From the NCBI GenBank assembly GCA_963829055.1, contig CAWHHI010000011.1, positions 512,001 through 576,000 on the forward strand: 64,000 nucleotides of DNA, read 5' to 3'. Of this stretch, positions 20,701 through 30,081 are shown one piece after another. The position numbers were made by a program, and so were the translations under genes. Each line of letters starts with the position of its first letter. Positions within the stretch are counted from its first letter, which is position 1. The notes under the pieces are model-generated. The model was not told where the DNA came from and did no database searches. It saw nothing but the letters and a program-made list of their open reading frames with translations. Source of the DNA: an uncultured Gemmatimonadaceae bacterium. Lineage in GTDB: Bacteria > Gemmatimonadota > Gemmatimonadetes > Gemmatimonadales > Gemmatimonadaceae.

Positions 20701-21378
20701 CTACGCGCCGAGATATGTGACTGTGCAGCGATTGCGCGTGTCGTCGACTGCCTCGATGCGCAGGCGATCGCCCGCTCGCACCTTCCGCGCAGTCGCTCGT
20801 TCCGCAGGATTCAGCGTCGCCAGGAGCTGCACCACCTGACCGTCGAGCTCGACGGCGACGAGGCCGTGGCCGTTCGCATCGAAGCTCGTGACCGCGCGCG
20901 CCTCGTCCGTCACGACACTCTCGAGTGTGACAGCCGGGGACGAGGCGAAGCGGAACAGGAATCGCCAGAGCGGCGCGACGAGCAGCCACTCGAACGCCAC
21001 GCCGGCGCCTAACGCGGCAATCAGCAGAGCGGGCTCGGCGAGCACCGGACGCAGCAGCAGACCTGCCGCACCGAATCCGACGAGCATGCTGAACGCGACG
21101 CGTGGCTGCAGGAGAGAAAGGACGCGCGAGGCACCGGAGGCACGCGCGCTTCCTGCGCGGCCGGTCGATGCGACCACGTGGGCCGCGCCTCCATGATCAT
21201 GACCGGCATGACCGCTGTGCCCGGGGCCGCCATGACCGTGGCTGCCGTGACCGTGCCCATGAGCGTGCCCGTGAGCGGCATGCCCGTGACCTGCGTGCGT
21301 CGAGTGTGCGAAACCGCTCAACGCCATGACGCCGAGACCAACACTCCCGAGCGTCAGGCCGAACGTGTAGGGGTCCAT
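20701..21378 (-). CDS. NfeD-like membrane protein with His/Gly-rich loop
   Basis: TM helices, GHGHAAHGHAHGHGHGSHGH tract, C-terminal OB-fold-like GLVAVELDGQ...GDRLRIEAVD. Confidence 0.75.
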   Translation of the reverse strand: MDPYTFGLTLGSVGLGVMALSGFAHSTHAGHGHAAHGHAHGHGHGSHGHGGPGHSGHAGHDHGGAAHVVASTGRAGSARASGASRVLSLLQPRVAFSMLVGFGAAGLLLRPVLAEPALLIAALGAGVAFEWLLVAPLWRFLFRFASSPAVTLESVVTDEARAVTSFDANGHGLVAVELDGQVVQLLATLNPAERATARKVRAGDRLRIEAVDDTRNRCTVTYLGA

Positions 21379-21403
21379 GGTTTGTAGTGAGCGCCCCAAA
21401 GCG

Positions 21404-21450
21404 AAAAGGGAGTGAGCCACACCGCGGAAGGCGGTGACCGCATCACTCCC
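21404..21450 (-). terminator. Long hairpin plus short U-tract in the nfeD 5' leader (terminator/attenuator-like)
   Basis: Minus strand GGGAGTGA-TGCGGT-CACCGC-CTTCC-GCGGTG-TGGC-TCACTCCC-TTTT. Confidence 0.5.
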
Positions 21451-21477
21451 AATCGATAGGCGCGCACACAATAAGTA

Positions 21478-21504
21478 TACGTGTACTTCCGCCGCGTCGT
21501 TTCG
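21478..21504 (-). promoter_or_regulatory. ECF (SigW-like) promoter CGAAAC-N17-CGTA
   Basis: ~100 nt upstream of the nfeD ATG; matches the element at 18969-18994. Confidence 0.6.
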
Positions 21505-21562
21505 CAGCCTCGCCAATCGTAATAATTACAACGACTTAGACGATGATGAAGGGGCTTGCGCC

Positions 21563-22457
21563 TTATTTGCCGAGCTCGTGTCGGAGGGCCCCGGCGAGCT
21601 CCGGGTAGTCGAAATGGAATCGCGAGTCGAGCAGCCGCTGAGGGAGAACGCGCTGCCCCGAGAGCAACGTCTCTTCGCCCATCTCCGCCGAACATGAGCT
21701 TCACCGCAAACTCGGGAACCGTCGCGAGCGCAGGCCGGTGAAGCACCTCGCCGAGTGTGTGTGAGAACTGCGCGTTGGTCGCGGGATTGGGTGCGGTGAC
21801 GTTTACCGGACCGGTGATTGCGTCCGTCTCCATGAGAAAGACGAGCGCGCGCAGAAGATCGTGCATACCGATCCAGCTCATCCACTGATCGCCTCTGCCG
21901 ATCTTCCCTCCGCCCCCAAGGTTGAACAACGGCAGCAGCTTGGCGAGAACGCCGCCGTCGGGGTGCATAACGAGTCCGAGACGCGGGTACACGAGACGCA
22001 CGCCGGCATCGCGAGCCGGCGTCGCGGCATTCTCCCATTGCTGGACGACGTCGGCGAGAAAGCCGCGGCCGGGCGCGCTGCTCTCGTCGAGCGCATCGCT
22101 ACCGCGCGATCCGTAGATGCCGATCGCCGAAGTGCTGAGGAAGACGCGTGGCGGCGTTCTGACGGCAGCCATCGTCTTCGCGAGGATCTCTGTGCTCCGC
22201 AGTCGGCTCGTGAGGATCGCGCGCTTGTGCTCCTGCGTCCACCGTTGCGCGACGTTCTCGCCCACCAGGTTCACGACGACGTCAGCGCCATCGAGCGCGG
22301 CGGGGTCGAGGCGACCTGCGTTCAGATCCCACTGGAAATCCACGCCGCGGCTGGACGCTCGGCCAATGCGCCGTAGCTCATGTCCTGCTTTTGTCAGGTG
22401 ACGGGCGAACGCGGTGCCCAGAAAACCCGATGCTCCTGCGATCGCGACGGTAGTCAC
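21563..22457 (-). CDS. TIGR01777 (YfcH-like) epimerase-family oxidoreductase, frameshift near 21685
   Basis: IAGASGFLG, STSAIGIYG, GDQWMSWI, GPVNVTAPNP; C-terminus MGEETLLSGQRVLPQRLL...ELGK* in another frame. Confidence 0.88.
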
Positions 22458-22466
22458 AGTGGTTTC

Positions 22467-23102
22467 TTACGCTTGGAGCTCGAGGCTCCGCCAGAGGTAC
22501 CAGGAGGCGACGGTGCGATACGGCGCCCACACTGCTCCGATCTTGCTGACTCGCACAGGAAGGGGGCGTTTGCGTAGTCGATACGCGAGCTGAATCGCCT
22601 TCTGAATTCCGAGATCGAGCTCCGGAAGTACGTCCGGTCGCCCGAGCCGGAACATGAGGAACATCTGTGCCGTCCAGCGACCGACGCCCTTCACCTGAAC
22701 GAGTACATTGATCACGTCATCGTCGGACAGCTCGTGCAGTGCCTCGATGGGAAGCTCGTTCGCCGCGACGCGCGCTGCGAGATCCTTCAGGTAGGAGAGC
22801 TTCTGCCGAGACAATCCGGCGCCTCGCAGATGGTCATCGGGCGTGATCGCCAGCTCGTCAGGCAGCGGCGCTCGACCGCCGTACAGATCCAGGACGCGGC
22901 CGTGGATCGTCGCCGCCGCCTTGCCTGAAAGCTGCTGGTAGATGATGGACCGACACACGGCGTCGAAGTGCGTGCCGGCGGTCGCGCGAACCAGGCGAAA
23001 CGGACCGACACGGCGAATGACGTCGCCGAGCACTGGATCGGCGGCGGTGAGGTAGGCGATCGCGCGGCGAGGCGTGCGCGGAAGCGTCGGCGGCGTGGAC
23101 AA
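22467..23102 (-). CDS. DNA-3-methyladenine glycosylase (AlkA/HhH-GPD family); start uncertain (up to 23168)
   Basis: SIIYQQLSGKAA, VKGVGRWTAQMFLMF, DVLPELDLG, WAPYRTVASWYLW. Confidence 0.9.
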   Translation of the reverse strand: MSTPPTLPRTPRRAIAYLTAADPVLGDVIRRVGPFRLVRATAGTHFDAVCRSIIYQQLSGKAAATIHGRVLDLYGGRAPLPDELAITPDDHLRGAGLSRQKLSYLKDLAARVAANELPIEALHELSDDDVINVLVQVKGVGRWTAQMFLMFRLGRPDVLPELDLGIQKAIQLAYRLRKRPLPVRVSKIGAVWAPYRTVASWYLWRSLELQA

Positions 23103-23242
23103 CCGAGGAGCAGGAATGGCAGAGGCCCGTTGATGAAAAACGATGGGTCCTGCCGTCGGCAGGCCCACCGCATAACGATCTCACGTGCAGGCGACGGTCA
23201 CCAGTCTCGCTCACTCGCGAACGCGGCGGCGACCGCCAGATC

Positions 23243-23491
23243 CTACTTCCCGCGTTGCCGATCGTGCGCGAGCCGATTCTTCTCGCTCTGCAAGTCGGCG
23301 TCGTCGTGCTGTTGCCGATCTTCGTGAATCTTGTGGCGACCCAATTCGGCCCCGCTCGCGTTCGGCTCGCCTTCGTCCGCCTGGTCTCCGCCACTCTGGA
23401 GCTGCTCGAGATTCCTTTGACGCGCCTTGTCGCCGTATTCGCCCTCGGCATGCCGCTGAGCGCCCGGCTGATTGTTGCTCTGATCTTTCAT
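23243..23491 (-). CDS. Small hydrophilic hypothetical protein
   Basis: GGAGG RBS before ATG; 82 aa, highly charged. Confidence 0.65.
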   Translation of the reverse strand: MKDQSNNQPGAQRHAEGEYGDKARQRNLEQLQSGGDQADEGEPNASGAELGRHKIHEDRQQHDDADLQSEKNRLAHDRQRGK

Positions 23492-23825
23492 GGACACCTC
23501 CGGCTTACAACCGGAGGGGCAAGCGACATGCCGACCGCCTGCCGCGTGCTCAGATGTCGCCGCGCGATGACGTCGTCATCACGAGCACGATACGATCGGC
23601 CGACGATCCAGGGAACGCGTAGACGTCGTTCGCGCCGGGAACCTGGCGGGAGCCGCGAGCCGAGCGGGTCGTGCGCCCGGCTGGAATCGGTACGGCGGCA
23701 AACCGGGACCGGATTGCCCCGCATGGCGGCCATGGATTGGCGTATCGTTCGAGCGTTGCGACGAGTAGCGGAATCCTGGACCCAATCGCGGTGTATCAAC
23801 CGCGGTGTACCAAACGCGGTGTATC

Positions 23826-24746
23826 ATGGGACGCCCCGTCGTTTCCGATCGCAGGACCTCGACCACGAGATTCACTGTGTTGCGCCATACTCGATCTTCC
23901 GGGCTGCCGTCCGCGCTGCTTCTGACGACCGCACTTGCTCTCGGTGCGTGTCGCGACCGGGCGGCCGACGACACCGCAGTGACGGATTCCGCGCTCGCGC
24001 GCGATCTCACTCTCGCGAGCGCGGCTGCTGCTCCCGTCCCTGAGCTTCGCGACATTCCCGACTCGGCACCTCCGGTAGAGGAGATGCCGCGCGAGCCCGT
24101 CGTGCGTCGCTCACCGGCACCGGTACGCGCACCGGTACGTGAGAAACCGAAGCCCGTGACGACCGCCCCCGCGCCAGCGCCTGTGGTCGAGACGCCAGCG
24201 CCTGCGCCCGCACCCACGCGCACCGGCGTGATCGGAGCCGGCACGATGGTCGGAATGACACTCGATTCCCGCGCCTGCTCGGACGCGAATCGACCGGGCG
24301 ACAAGATGGTCGCCCATACCAGCGAGGCGGTGACGGGGACGAACGGCGTGGTCTTTCCGGCGGGCTCGCCCGTGGTGGTCGAGGTCGCGACGGTGGTTCA
24401 GGGAGGGACTCCCGACTCATCGACCGTGACGTTCCGCGTGAAGTCGATCGAGGTCAACGGCGTCGCCCATGCCGTGACCGGCGACGTGATCGCCACCGGG
24501 ACGCTGGACAAGACGCGCGTGGAGACCAAGGCTGCGGACAAGAAGAAAGTGATTGGCGGCGCGATCCTTGGCGCCATCGTCGGCAAAGTGGCGGGCGGCG
24601 GTGCGAGAGGGACGATCATTGGCGCCGCGGCCGGAGCGGCTGCAGGAGCGGCCGCGGCCGCCGTGTCAGCGAAATACGAGACGTGCGTGCCCGCTGGAGC
24701 CCCGCTCAGGATGACCATCAGCGCGCCCATCGTGGTCGAGTTGTAG
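23826..24746 (+). CDS. Hypothetical lipoprotein with Pro-rich linker and glycine zipper
   Basis: Lipobox LALGAC, PAPAP linker, GGAILGAIVGKVAGG...GAAAGAAAGA. Confidence 0.75.
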   Translation: MGRPVVSDRRTSTTRFTVLRHTRSSGLPSALLLTTALALGACRDRAADDTAVTDSALARDLTLASAAAAPVPELRDIPDSAPPVEEMPREPVVRRSPAPVRAPVREKPKPVTTAPAPAPVVETPAPAPAPTRTGVIGAGTMVGMTLDSRACSDANRPGDKMVAHTSEAVTGTNGVVFPAGSPVVVEVATVVQGGTPDSSTVTFRVKSIEVNGVAHAVTGDVIATGTLDKTRVETKAADKKKVIGGAILGAIVGKVAGGGARGTIIGAAAGAAAGAAAAAVSAKYETCVPAGAPLRMTISAPIVVEL

Positions 24747-24890
24747 TCGAGTTGTAGCGGTGGTCGACGTGTAGGGCCCGCTAGGGCTACGGTCGCGGCA
24801 GTCGGAACGCGTGCCCGGCGAGGTGCGCACGAATATGTTCAAGCACCCGCCTCGGCGGGCGTTCCAGCGAATCACCCACTCTGTAAGGTC

Positions 24891-25922
24891 ATGCGCGTCA
24901 TCGTCATCGCGGCGTTGTCTCTGCTGCCCGCCATTCCTCTGCTCGGGCAGACCCCGACAAGCTCCGCCGCCGTCCACCGCGGCCTCGAGTCGATCACCGC
25001 GGCCGATGTGAAGCGACGCATTGCGATCATCGCCGACGATTCGATGGGCGGACGTGACACGCCAAGCCGCGGGCTCGACGCCACGGCACGCTACATTGCG
25101 TCGGAATTTCAACGTTTCGGCCTGACACCGGGCGGCGACAGCGGCACGTTCATTCAGCGGTATCCCATCCCGGGAAGTCGCGAGGGCCGACCGAGCGGGG
25201 CGTCGCGGACGGCGCCTAACGTTGTCGGTGTGCTCGAAGGGTCCGACCCGGTCCTCAAGAACGAGTACATCGTGCTTTCCGCCCACATGGACCACGTGGG
25301 CATTGGCGCACCCGTGGACGGCGACTCGATCTACAACGGCGCCGATGACGACGCGTCAGGCACAACGGGTGTCATCGAACTGGCGGAAGCGTTGAGCATG
25401 CCCGGCGCCCGCCCCAAACGCTCCGTCGTGTTCCTCACCGTGAGCGGCGAGGAGCACGGGCTCTGGGGCAGCGCCTGGTTCAGCGAACACCCCGTCGTAC
25501 CGATGTCGCAGGTGGTGGCGGATCTGAACATCGACATGATCGGCCGCAACTGGAAGGACACCATCGTCGTGATCGGCAAGGAGCACTCCGACCTGGGCGC
25601 AACGCTCGACCGCGTGAATCGCGCGCATCCCGAGCTGCGCATGAAGGCGATCGATGACATTCGGCCGGAGGAGAACTTCTACTTCCGGTCCGACCACTAC
25701 AACTTCGCGCGGAAGGGCGTGCCGATTCTGTTCTTCTTCAATGGCACGCACCCGGACTATCACGGGCCTAACGACGAGCCGGACCGCATCGACGCCGAGA
25801 AGGAATCGCGCATCGTACGCCTCGTGTACCTGATCACACAGGAAGTAGGTGACGCGCCGGCGCGTCCCGCGTGGAACCCGGCCAGCTACAAGCGCATCGT
25901 GCGCCCGCAGACGCGCGAGTGA
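24891..25922 (+). CDS. Secreted M28 family peptidase
   Basis: Signal peptide, SAHMDH, NGADDDASG, SGEEHGLWGS, NIDMIG, RSDHYNF, DYHGPND. Confidence 0.92.
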   Translation: MRVIVIAALSLLPAIPLLGQTPTSSAAVHRGLESITAADVKRRIAIIADDSMGGRDTPSRGLDATARYIASEFQRFGLTPGGDSGTFIQRYPIPGSREGRPSGASRTAPNVVGVLEGSDPVLKNEYIVLSAHMDHVGIGAPVDGDSIYNGADDDASGTTGVIELAEALSMPGARPKRSVVFLTVSGEEHGLWGSAWFSEHPVVPMSQVVADLNIDMIGRNWKDTIVVIGKEHSDLGATLDRVNRAHPELRMKAIDDIRPEENFYFRSDHYNFARKGVPILFFFNGTHPDYHGPNDEPDRIDAEKESRIVRLVYLITQEVGDAPARPAWNPASYKRIVRPQTRE

Positions 25923-26295
25923 CGAGCCTGATCGCCGCACGTACAGCGGCTGCCGCAGGCGCCGCCGCACCGAGTGTTGCCAGAACTAACGCGGTCGTAA
26001 GCCGGGTGGCTCCCATGTAATGCACACTCCGATCAAGGGAGAAGAACCGGACGCGATCGTGCCACTTGCTCCTCTTCCAAAGCTCGATCGTACGACGAAC
26101 GGGTCGCGTTATCCTGGGTGGGAGGGAACGCGACTCATCCTTGGGCGAGAGAATCTTACTCAGATCGGGCGAACGGCAAAGCCCGGCAGCCGAGGACAAT
26201 CACCAATAGCGTTGCCAGCCCGGGCAGCGCATACTACCGGGCCGCAGCAGCCGTGATTCCGCAGCGACTCTCCCGAGCCCTAACGCCAAGCCTCG

Positions 26296-26661
26296 ATGTC
26301 TTCCGTCAGCTTCTTTCGCTGGTCCGACCTTCCCGAGGAGCGTTTGTCGCCGCTGCTCGGGCGCAAGCTCATCACCGGTAGCCGGATGATGCTCGCGCAC
26401 GTGTATCTCAAGAAGGGATGCATTGTTCCCAAGCACAATCACGAGAACGAGCAGTTGACCTACATTCTCGAGGGCGCGCTACGCTTCTCGATCGGCGAGG
26501 ATGGAAGCGAGACGGTCGACGTGCGGGCGGGAGAGGTGCTGCACATTCCCTCGTTCGTCTGGCACCAGGCCGAGGCGCTCGAGGACACGCTCGACGTGGA
26601 CGTGTTCAGTCCACCGCGTCAGGACTGGATCGACAAGACGGACGCGTACCTTCGGCGTTAG
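26296..26661 (+). CDS. Cupin domain protein
   Basis: PKHNHENEQLTYILEG...HIPSFVWHQA...DVFSPPRQDW. Confidence 0.9.
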   Translation: MSSVSFFRWSDLPEERLSPLLGRKLITGSRMMLAHVYLKKGCIVPKHNHENEQLTYILEGALRFSIGEDGSETVDVRAGEVLHIPSFVWHQAEALEDTLDVDVFSPPRQDWIDKTDAYLRR

Positions 26662-26990
26662 GCGCGGCGGCGAATGGCGTGGCGGATGGCGGCGGCGATG
26701 CCCACCGCCACGCCGACCCCGATCATCAGCAGACCGAGCGACGACTGCGCGCTGAAGTAGTCGGCGCGCTGTACGTACGACGTGACGCCGGCAGGCAGTG
26801 TCTGCGTGCCGTTCGCGAGCGACGCGAGGCCGTTCCGCGCGAGCAGGAACAACGTGGTGCCGGCGACGATCGTGAGCATCGAGAGCGCATCCCACAGTCG
26901 GTCGGCGGAGTGCACGACACTGGCGGCGCCGTGCGGGCCACGCGGCTGAACGAACTCGATGTGTGCCGGGACTCCGAGCGGTGTATCCAC
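26658..26990 (-). CDS. Hypothetical two-TM membrane protein (start uncertain)
   Basis: Two hydrophobic segments; convergent stop overlaps the cupin stop. Confidence 0.55.
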   Translation of the reverse strand: MDTPLGVPAHIEFVQPRGPHGAASVVHSADRLWDALSMLTIVAGTTLFLLARNGLASLANGTQTLPAGVTSYVQRADYFSAQSSLGLLMIGVGVAVGIAAAIRHAIRRRA

Positions 26991-27206
26991 GCGTGCCTCG
27001 CGATGACGGTTCCAGTACCTGTCTCGACCTACCTCATGCGATGACGCGTGACCGGGCCCGGATGGCACTCAGGTGCGAGTGCTGTTGATAGCAGGCGATT
27101 CCGGCCTCGATTGCAGATTGGCAAAGCCGCGTGACGGCGAGGCCGTCGTTGCCAATTCTGGCAATACGGCCTGCATCGCCTGCTCAACAGCTGACGCTCG
27201 CCTCCA

Positions 27207-27860
27207 CTAGGGCTTGCTCCGGAGCATCTCCGCGAACTTCCGCTTCCACTCGTCTTTCATCGCCGAGACACGGACGCCCCTCCCCGCCCGCTTCGCCATT
27301 CCCATGAGCCCCAGCGGCGATGGGTGCGTGATCTGGTGATACGCAATGTCCGGATCGTCGCGGAGTCCGAGGTGCGTCCCGAGCAGCCAGTCCGCGGTCT
27401 TGCCAAGGACGATCACGCTGTGCAGTCCGCGCCGCCGAGCTTTCGCGAGCTCCGCGCGCACGCGACGCACATTTTCAGGGCTGCTCATCTCGGCTTTTGT
27501 CGGCGCGCGGAAGTGCTCACCATCGTCCGTCGGGCAGACGGGATACGCGTTCGACAACGCGACGTCGCTGACGACGGGTCGGATCCCGGCCTCGACGAGC
27601 GCCGCACCATCCCACCGCACCTGGTCGAGCGGTCGGGTGAAGCGAACCCGATCTTCGGCCTCCAGCGCCTCGTACAACGGGCGACCGGCACGATCACCGA
27701 AGAACGGGATCTTCGACTTGTCGGCCCCGTTAGGCCCGGGTGCTTCGCCGAAAATGATCGCGGACACAGCCCCCTTGGCGGGGAAGAACGCGGGGACACG
27801 CGTACCCAGGATGCGTCCCTTTGGTGATGCGGATCGCCTGGCCTTCGCTACAGTGACCAT
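27207..27860 (-). CDS. Uracil-DNA glycosylase superfamily protein (family 4/5-like)
   Basis: GEAPG...PFFGDRAG, SNAYPVCP, VIVLGKTA, HPSP motifs. Confidence 0.82.
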   Translation of the reverse strand: MVTVAKARRSASPKGRILGTRVPAFFPAKGAVSAIIFGEAPGPNGADKSKIPFFGDRAGRPLYEALEAEDRVRFTRPLDQVRWDGAALVEAGIRPVVSDVALSNAYPVCPTDDGEHFRAPTKAEMSSPENVRRVRAELAKARRRGLHSVIVLGKTADWLLGTHLGLRDDPDIAYHQITHPSPLGLMGMAKRAGRGVRVSAMKDEWKRKFAEMLRSKP

Positions 27861-27902
27861 TGGTGCGCGCCTACCGTCTTTGGATTGATGATTCCATCCG
27901 CG

Positions 27903-29000
27903 ATGCGCGTGCCGGTTCTCCGGCGCGCGCTCTTGTTTCTCGGGGTACCTGTCCTCGTGATTCTGGTCACGAAAGTCGTGGCCGGAAGCGAGGTGCGAGG
28001 CGCTGTCGGTTCCCTGTTCAAGGAACCAGCGCTTCCCCCAGCCGAACTGGTCAACGTTCCCGTGTCGATACCGCGGGACCACGTCGTCGTGCTCGACGAT
28101 TCACTGTTCGGCCGCAGCGGGAAAGTCCGCTTCCGACTCCTCGGGCACAGTGAAGCAGAACAGGTGTCTGGCCTCAAGGACGTGTTCGGCGCGGAAGCCA
28201 TCGCGCGCCCGGCTGTTCTCGGGATGTCTACCGTCGACGATCCGCAGGCGTTCTCGTTCATCACGATGCGGTCCTGGCACGACAAGCGAGGCGCCTATGT
28301 CGGGCCGTACCGAATGGGCTGGTGGCCCGGCGAACGGACCATCGTCGCCACCAATTACGAGAACCCGGTCGGGTTCATCGAAGTGACACCGGACAACGCG
28401 AACACGCGTCTGTCGGAACACTTCCGGCTCAATGATTTCCTGACGCACGACCAGGATCGCGTGTGGCCGAAGTACGTCGTGCTGCGTGAGGCGTTGCTCG
28501 ACAAGCTCGAGCTCGTGCTCTCGACGATGGAAGCACAGGGCGTACCGACGCGCAGCGCGCACGTCCTGAGCGGATTCCGGGCGCCGTACTACAACGCCGG
28601 GCTCGTGGCCGAGGGCGCCGCGCGCGCGAGTCGGCATCAGTTCGGCGACGCCTCCGACATCATCATCGACAACGATCGCGATGGTCGTATGGACGACCTC
28701 AATCGTGATGGTCGCGTCGACTTCCGCGACACGGAGGTCATTCTCCGCGCCGTCGAGCGGGTCGAACGCACGTATCCGGAGCTCGTCGGCGGCTTGGGTC
28801 TCTATGCGGGCATGGGACCCAGTGGCCCGTTCGCACACATCGATGTACGCGGCTCGCGCGCGCGATGGACGAGCACCGGCACCTCCCAGCGTGCTGCGGC
28901 GCCTCGTTATGCATGGAGCGGCGATCCAGCGAGGGCCGAGCGGGTGCAGGGATGCAGCGCGACGGGCGCGTCGGCTGCGTTGTGCGTGGGCGTGAAGTAG
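27903..29000 (+). CDS. Peptidase M15-like (Zn D-Ala-D-Ala carboxypeptidase fold) exported protein
   Basis: LSEHFRLNDF, SGFRAPYYN, SRHQFGDASD, FAHIDVRG; Dx[DN]xDG Ca-binding-like insert DNDRDGRMDDLNRDG. Confidence 0.82.
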   Translation: MRVPVLRRALLFLGVPVLVILVTKVVAGSEVRGAVGSLFKEPALPPAELVNVPVSIPRDHVVVLDDSLFGRSGKVRFRLLGHSEAEQVSGLKDVFGAEAIARPAVLGMSTVDDPQAFSFITMRSWHDKRGAYVGPYRMGWWPGERTIVATNYENPVGFIEVTPDNANTRLSEHFRLNDFLTHDQDRVWPKYVVLREALLDKLELVLSTMEAQGVPTRSAHVLSGFRAPYYNAGLVAEGAARASRHQFGDASDIIIDNDRDGRMDDLNRDGRVDFRDTEVILRAVERVERTYPELVGGLGLYAGMGPSGPFAHIDVRGSRARWTSTGTSQRAAAPRYAWSGDPARAERVQGCSATGASAALCVGVK

Positions 29001-29015
29001 AGGCGCCCTGGGCGG

Positions 29016-30008
29016 CTAGGCTACGCCGGTCATTGAGTTGCGTCCGGCGCGCGAATCGTCGTCACGATCAACGATGCGTGGTTGCCGGTCTCGCGCGTGG
29101 CGTGTCGCTTCGACGTTCCAGCCGCGCCGAATTCGCTCGTAGAAATAGCCTGCTGCGTACGCCACCTGCGACCACAGGTGGAGCACGGCGAGCATCAGAC
29201 CTCGCACCCCACCCGTGCGGCGCAGTGGATATGTGATGAGGCCGAAGTAGAAACGCACCGGCTCCAGTCGAAGCGACGGGTGCCCTCGTCCGGCGCGCGA
29301 GCGATGCAGGTCGAACGCACCGCGACCGTAGTAGAAATGCTGGCGGTTGAACCGCACGAACCCGAGTACGTGCGCGTGATCGACGACGATGTCGGCCACG
29401 TATTCGAGATCGTACCCGGCGCCCACCCACCGCTCGCAGAAATCGCGGTCTTCGGCCGCCGGGAGCGCGAACGTCTCGTCGAAGCCGCCGAGCTCCAGGA
29501 ACTCCACGCGTGGCACGGCGAGGTTGTTGGTGGTGAAGAACCGTCGCGCCGCGGAATTCTCGCCGAAGTAGTCGTACAGAAAATCGACGATGCCCTGACT
29601 CGCCGACGCGTAGATGTTATCCGTAAGGAGGTTCACGACCCGGCCCCCAACGCCTCGCGGCTTGCCGCTAGCGCTGATCGCGCGATCGATAGAGCTCAGC
29701 CAATCGGGGCGTGGTGCGCAGTCGTCATCGGTGAACACGAGATACCGCCCGCGCGCCAGGTCAGCGCCGGTGTTGCGCGCAGCGGCCGGCCCTCCATGCG
29801 GCGCACATACGAGCCGCGCGTCGAGCGATCGGTCCATCGACGCTACGAGATCGGCAGGGGGCACGGGACTGCCGTCGTCGACCACCACGAGCTCGAAGCG
29901 ATCCCGGGGGAAATCCTGTGACTCGATGGCCTTCAGGCAGCGCGCGAGAGCATCTCGCCGCCTGTAGGTGGGTATGACTATCGAGTAATCGGGACTGTTA
30001 GGGGTCAT
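29016..30008 (-). CDS. Glycosyltransferase family 2
   Basis: SIVIPTY, VVDDGS, AARNTG, FTDDDC, GGFDETF...EDRD. Confidence 0.92.
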   Translation of the reverse strand: MTPNSPDYSIVIPTYRRRDALARCLKAIESQDFPRDRFELVVVDDGSPVPPADLVASMDRSLDARLVCAPHGGPAAARNTGADLARGRYLVFTDDDCAPRPDWLSSIDRAISASGKPRGVGGRVVNLLTDNIYASASQGIVDFLYDYFGENSAARRFFTTNNLAVPRVEFLELGGFDETFALPAAEDRDFCERWVGAGYDLEYVADIVVDHAHVLGFVRFNRQHFYYGRGAFDLHRSRAGRGHPSLRLEPVRFYFGLITYPLRRTGGVRGLMLAVLHLWSQVAYAAGYFYERIRRGWNVEATRHARDRQPRIVDRDDDSRAGRNSMTGVA

Positions 30009-30081
30009 CGATGACGCAAGTTATTACAGCCCCACGGACGCGCGTAATGGATCCACACATGGCGGCAAGAAGCAATCCGGT

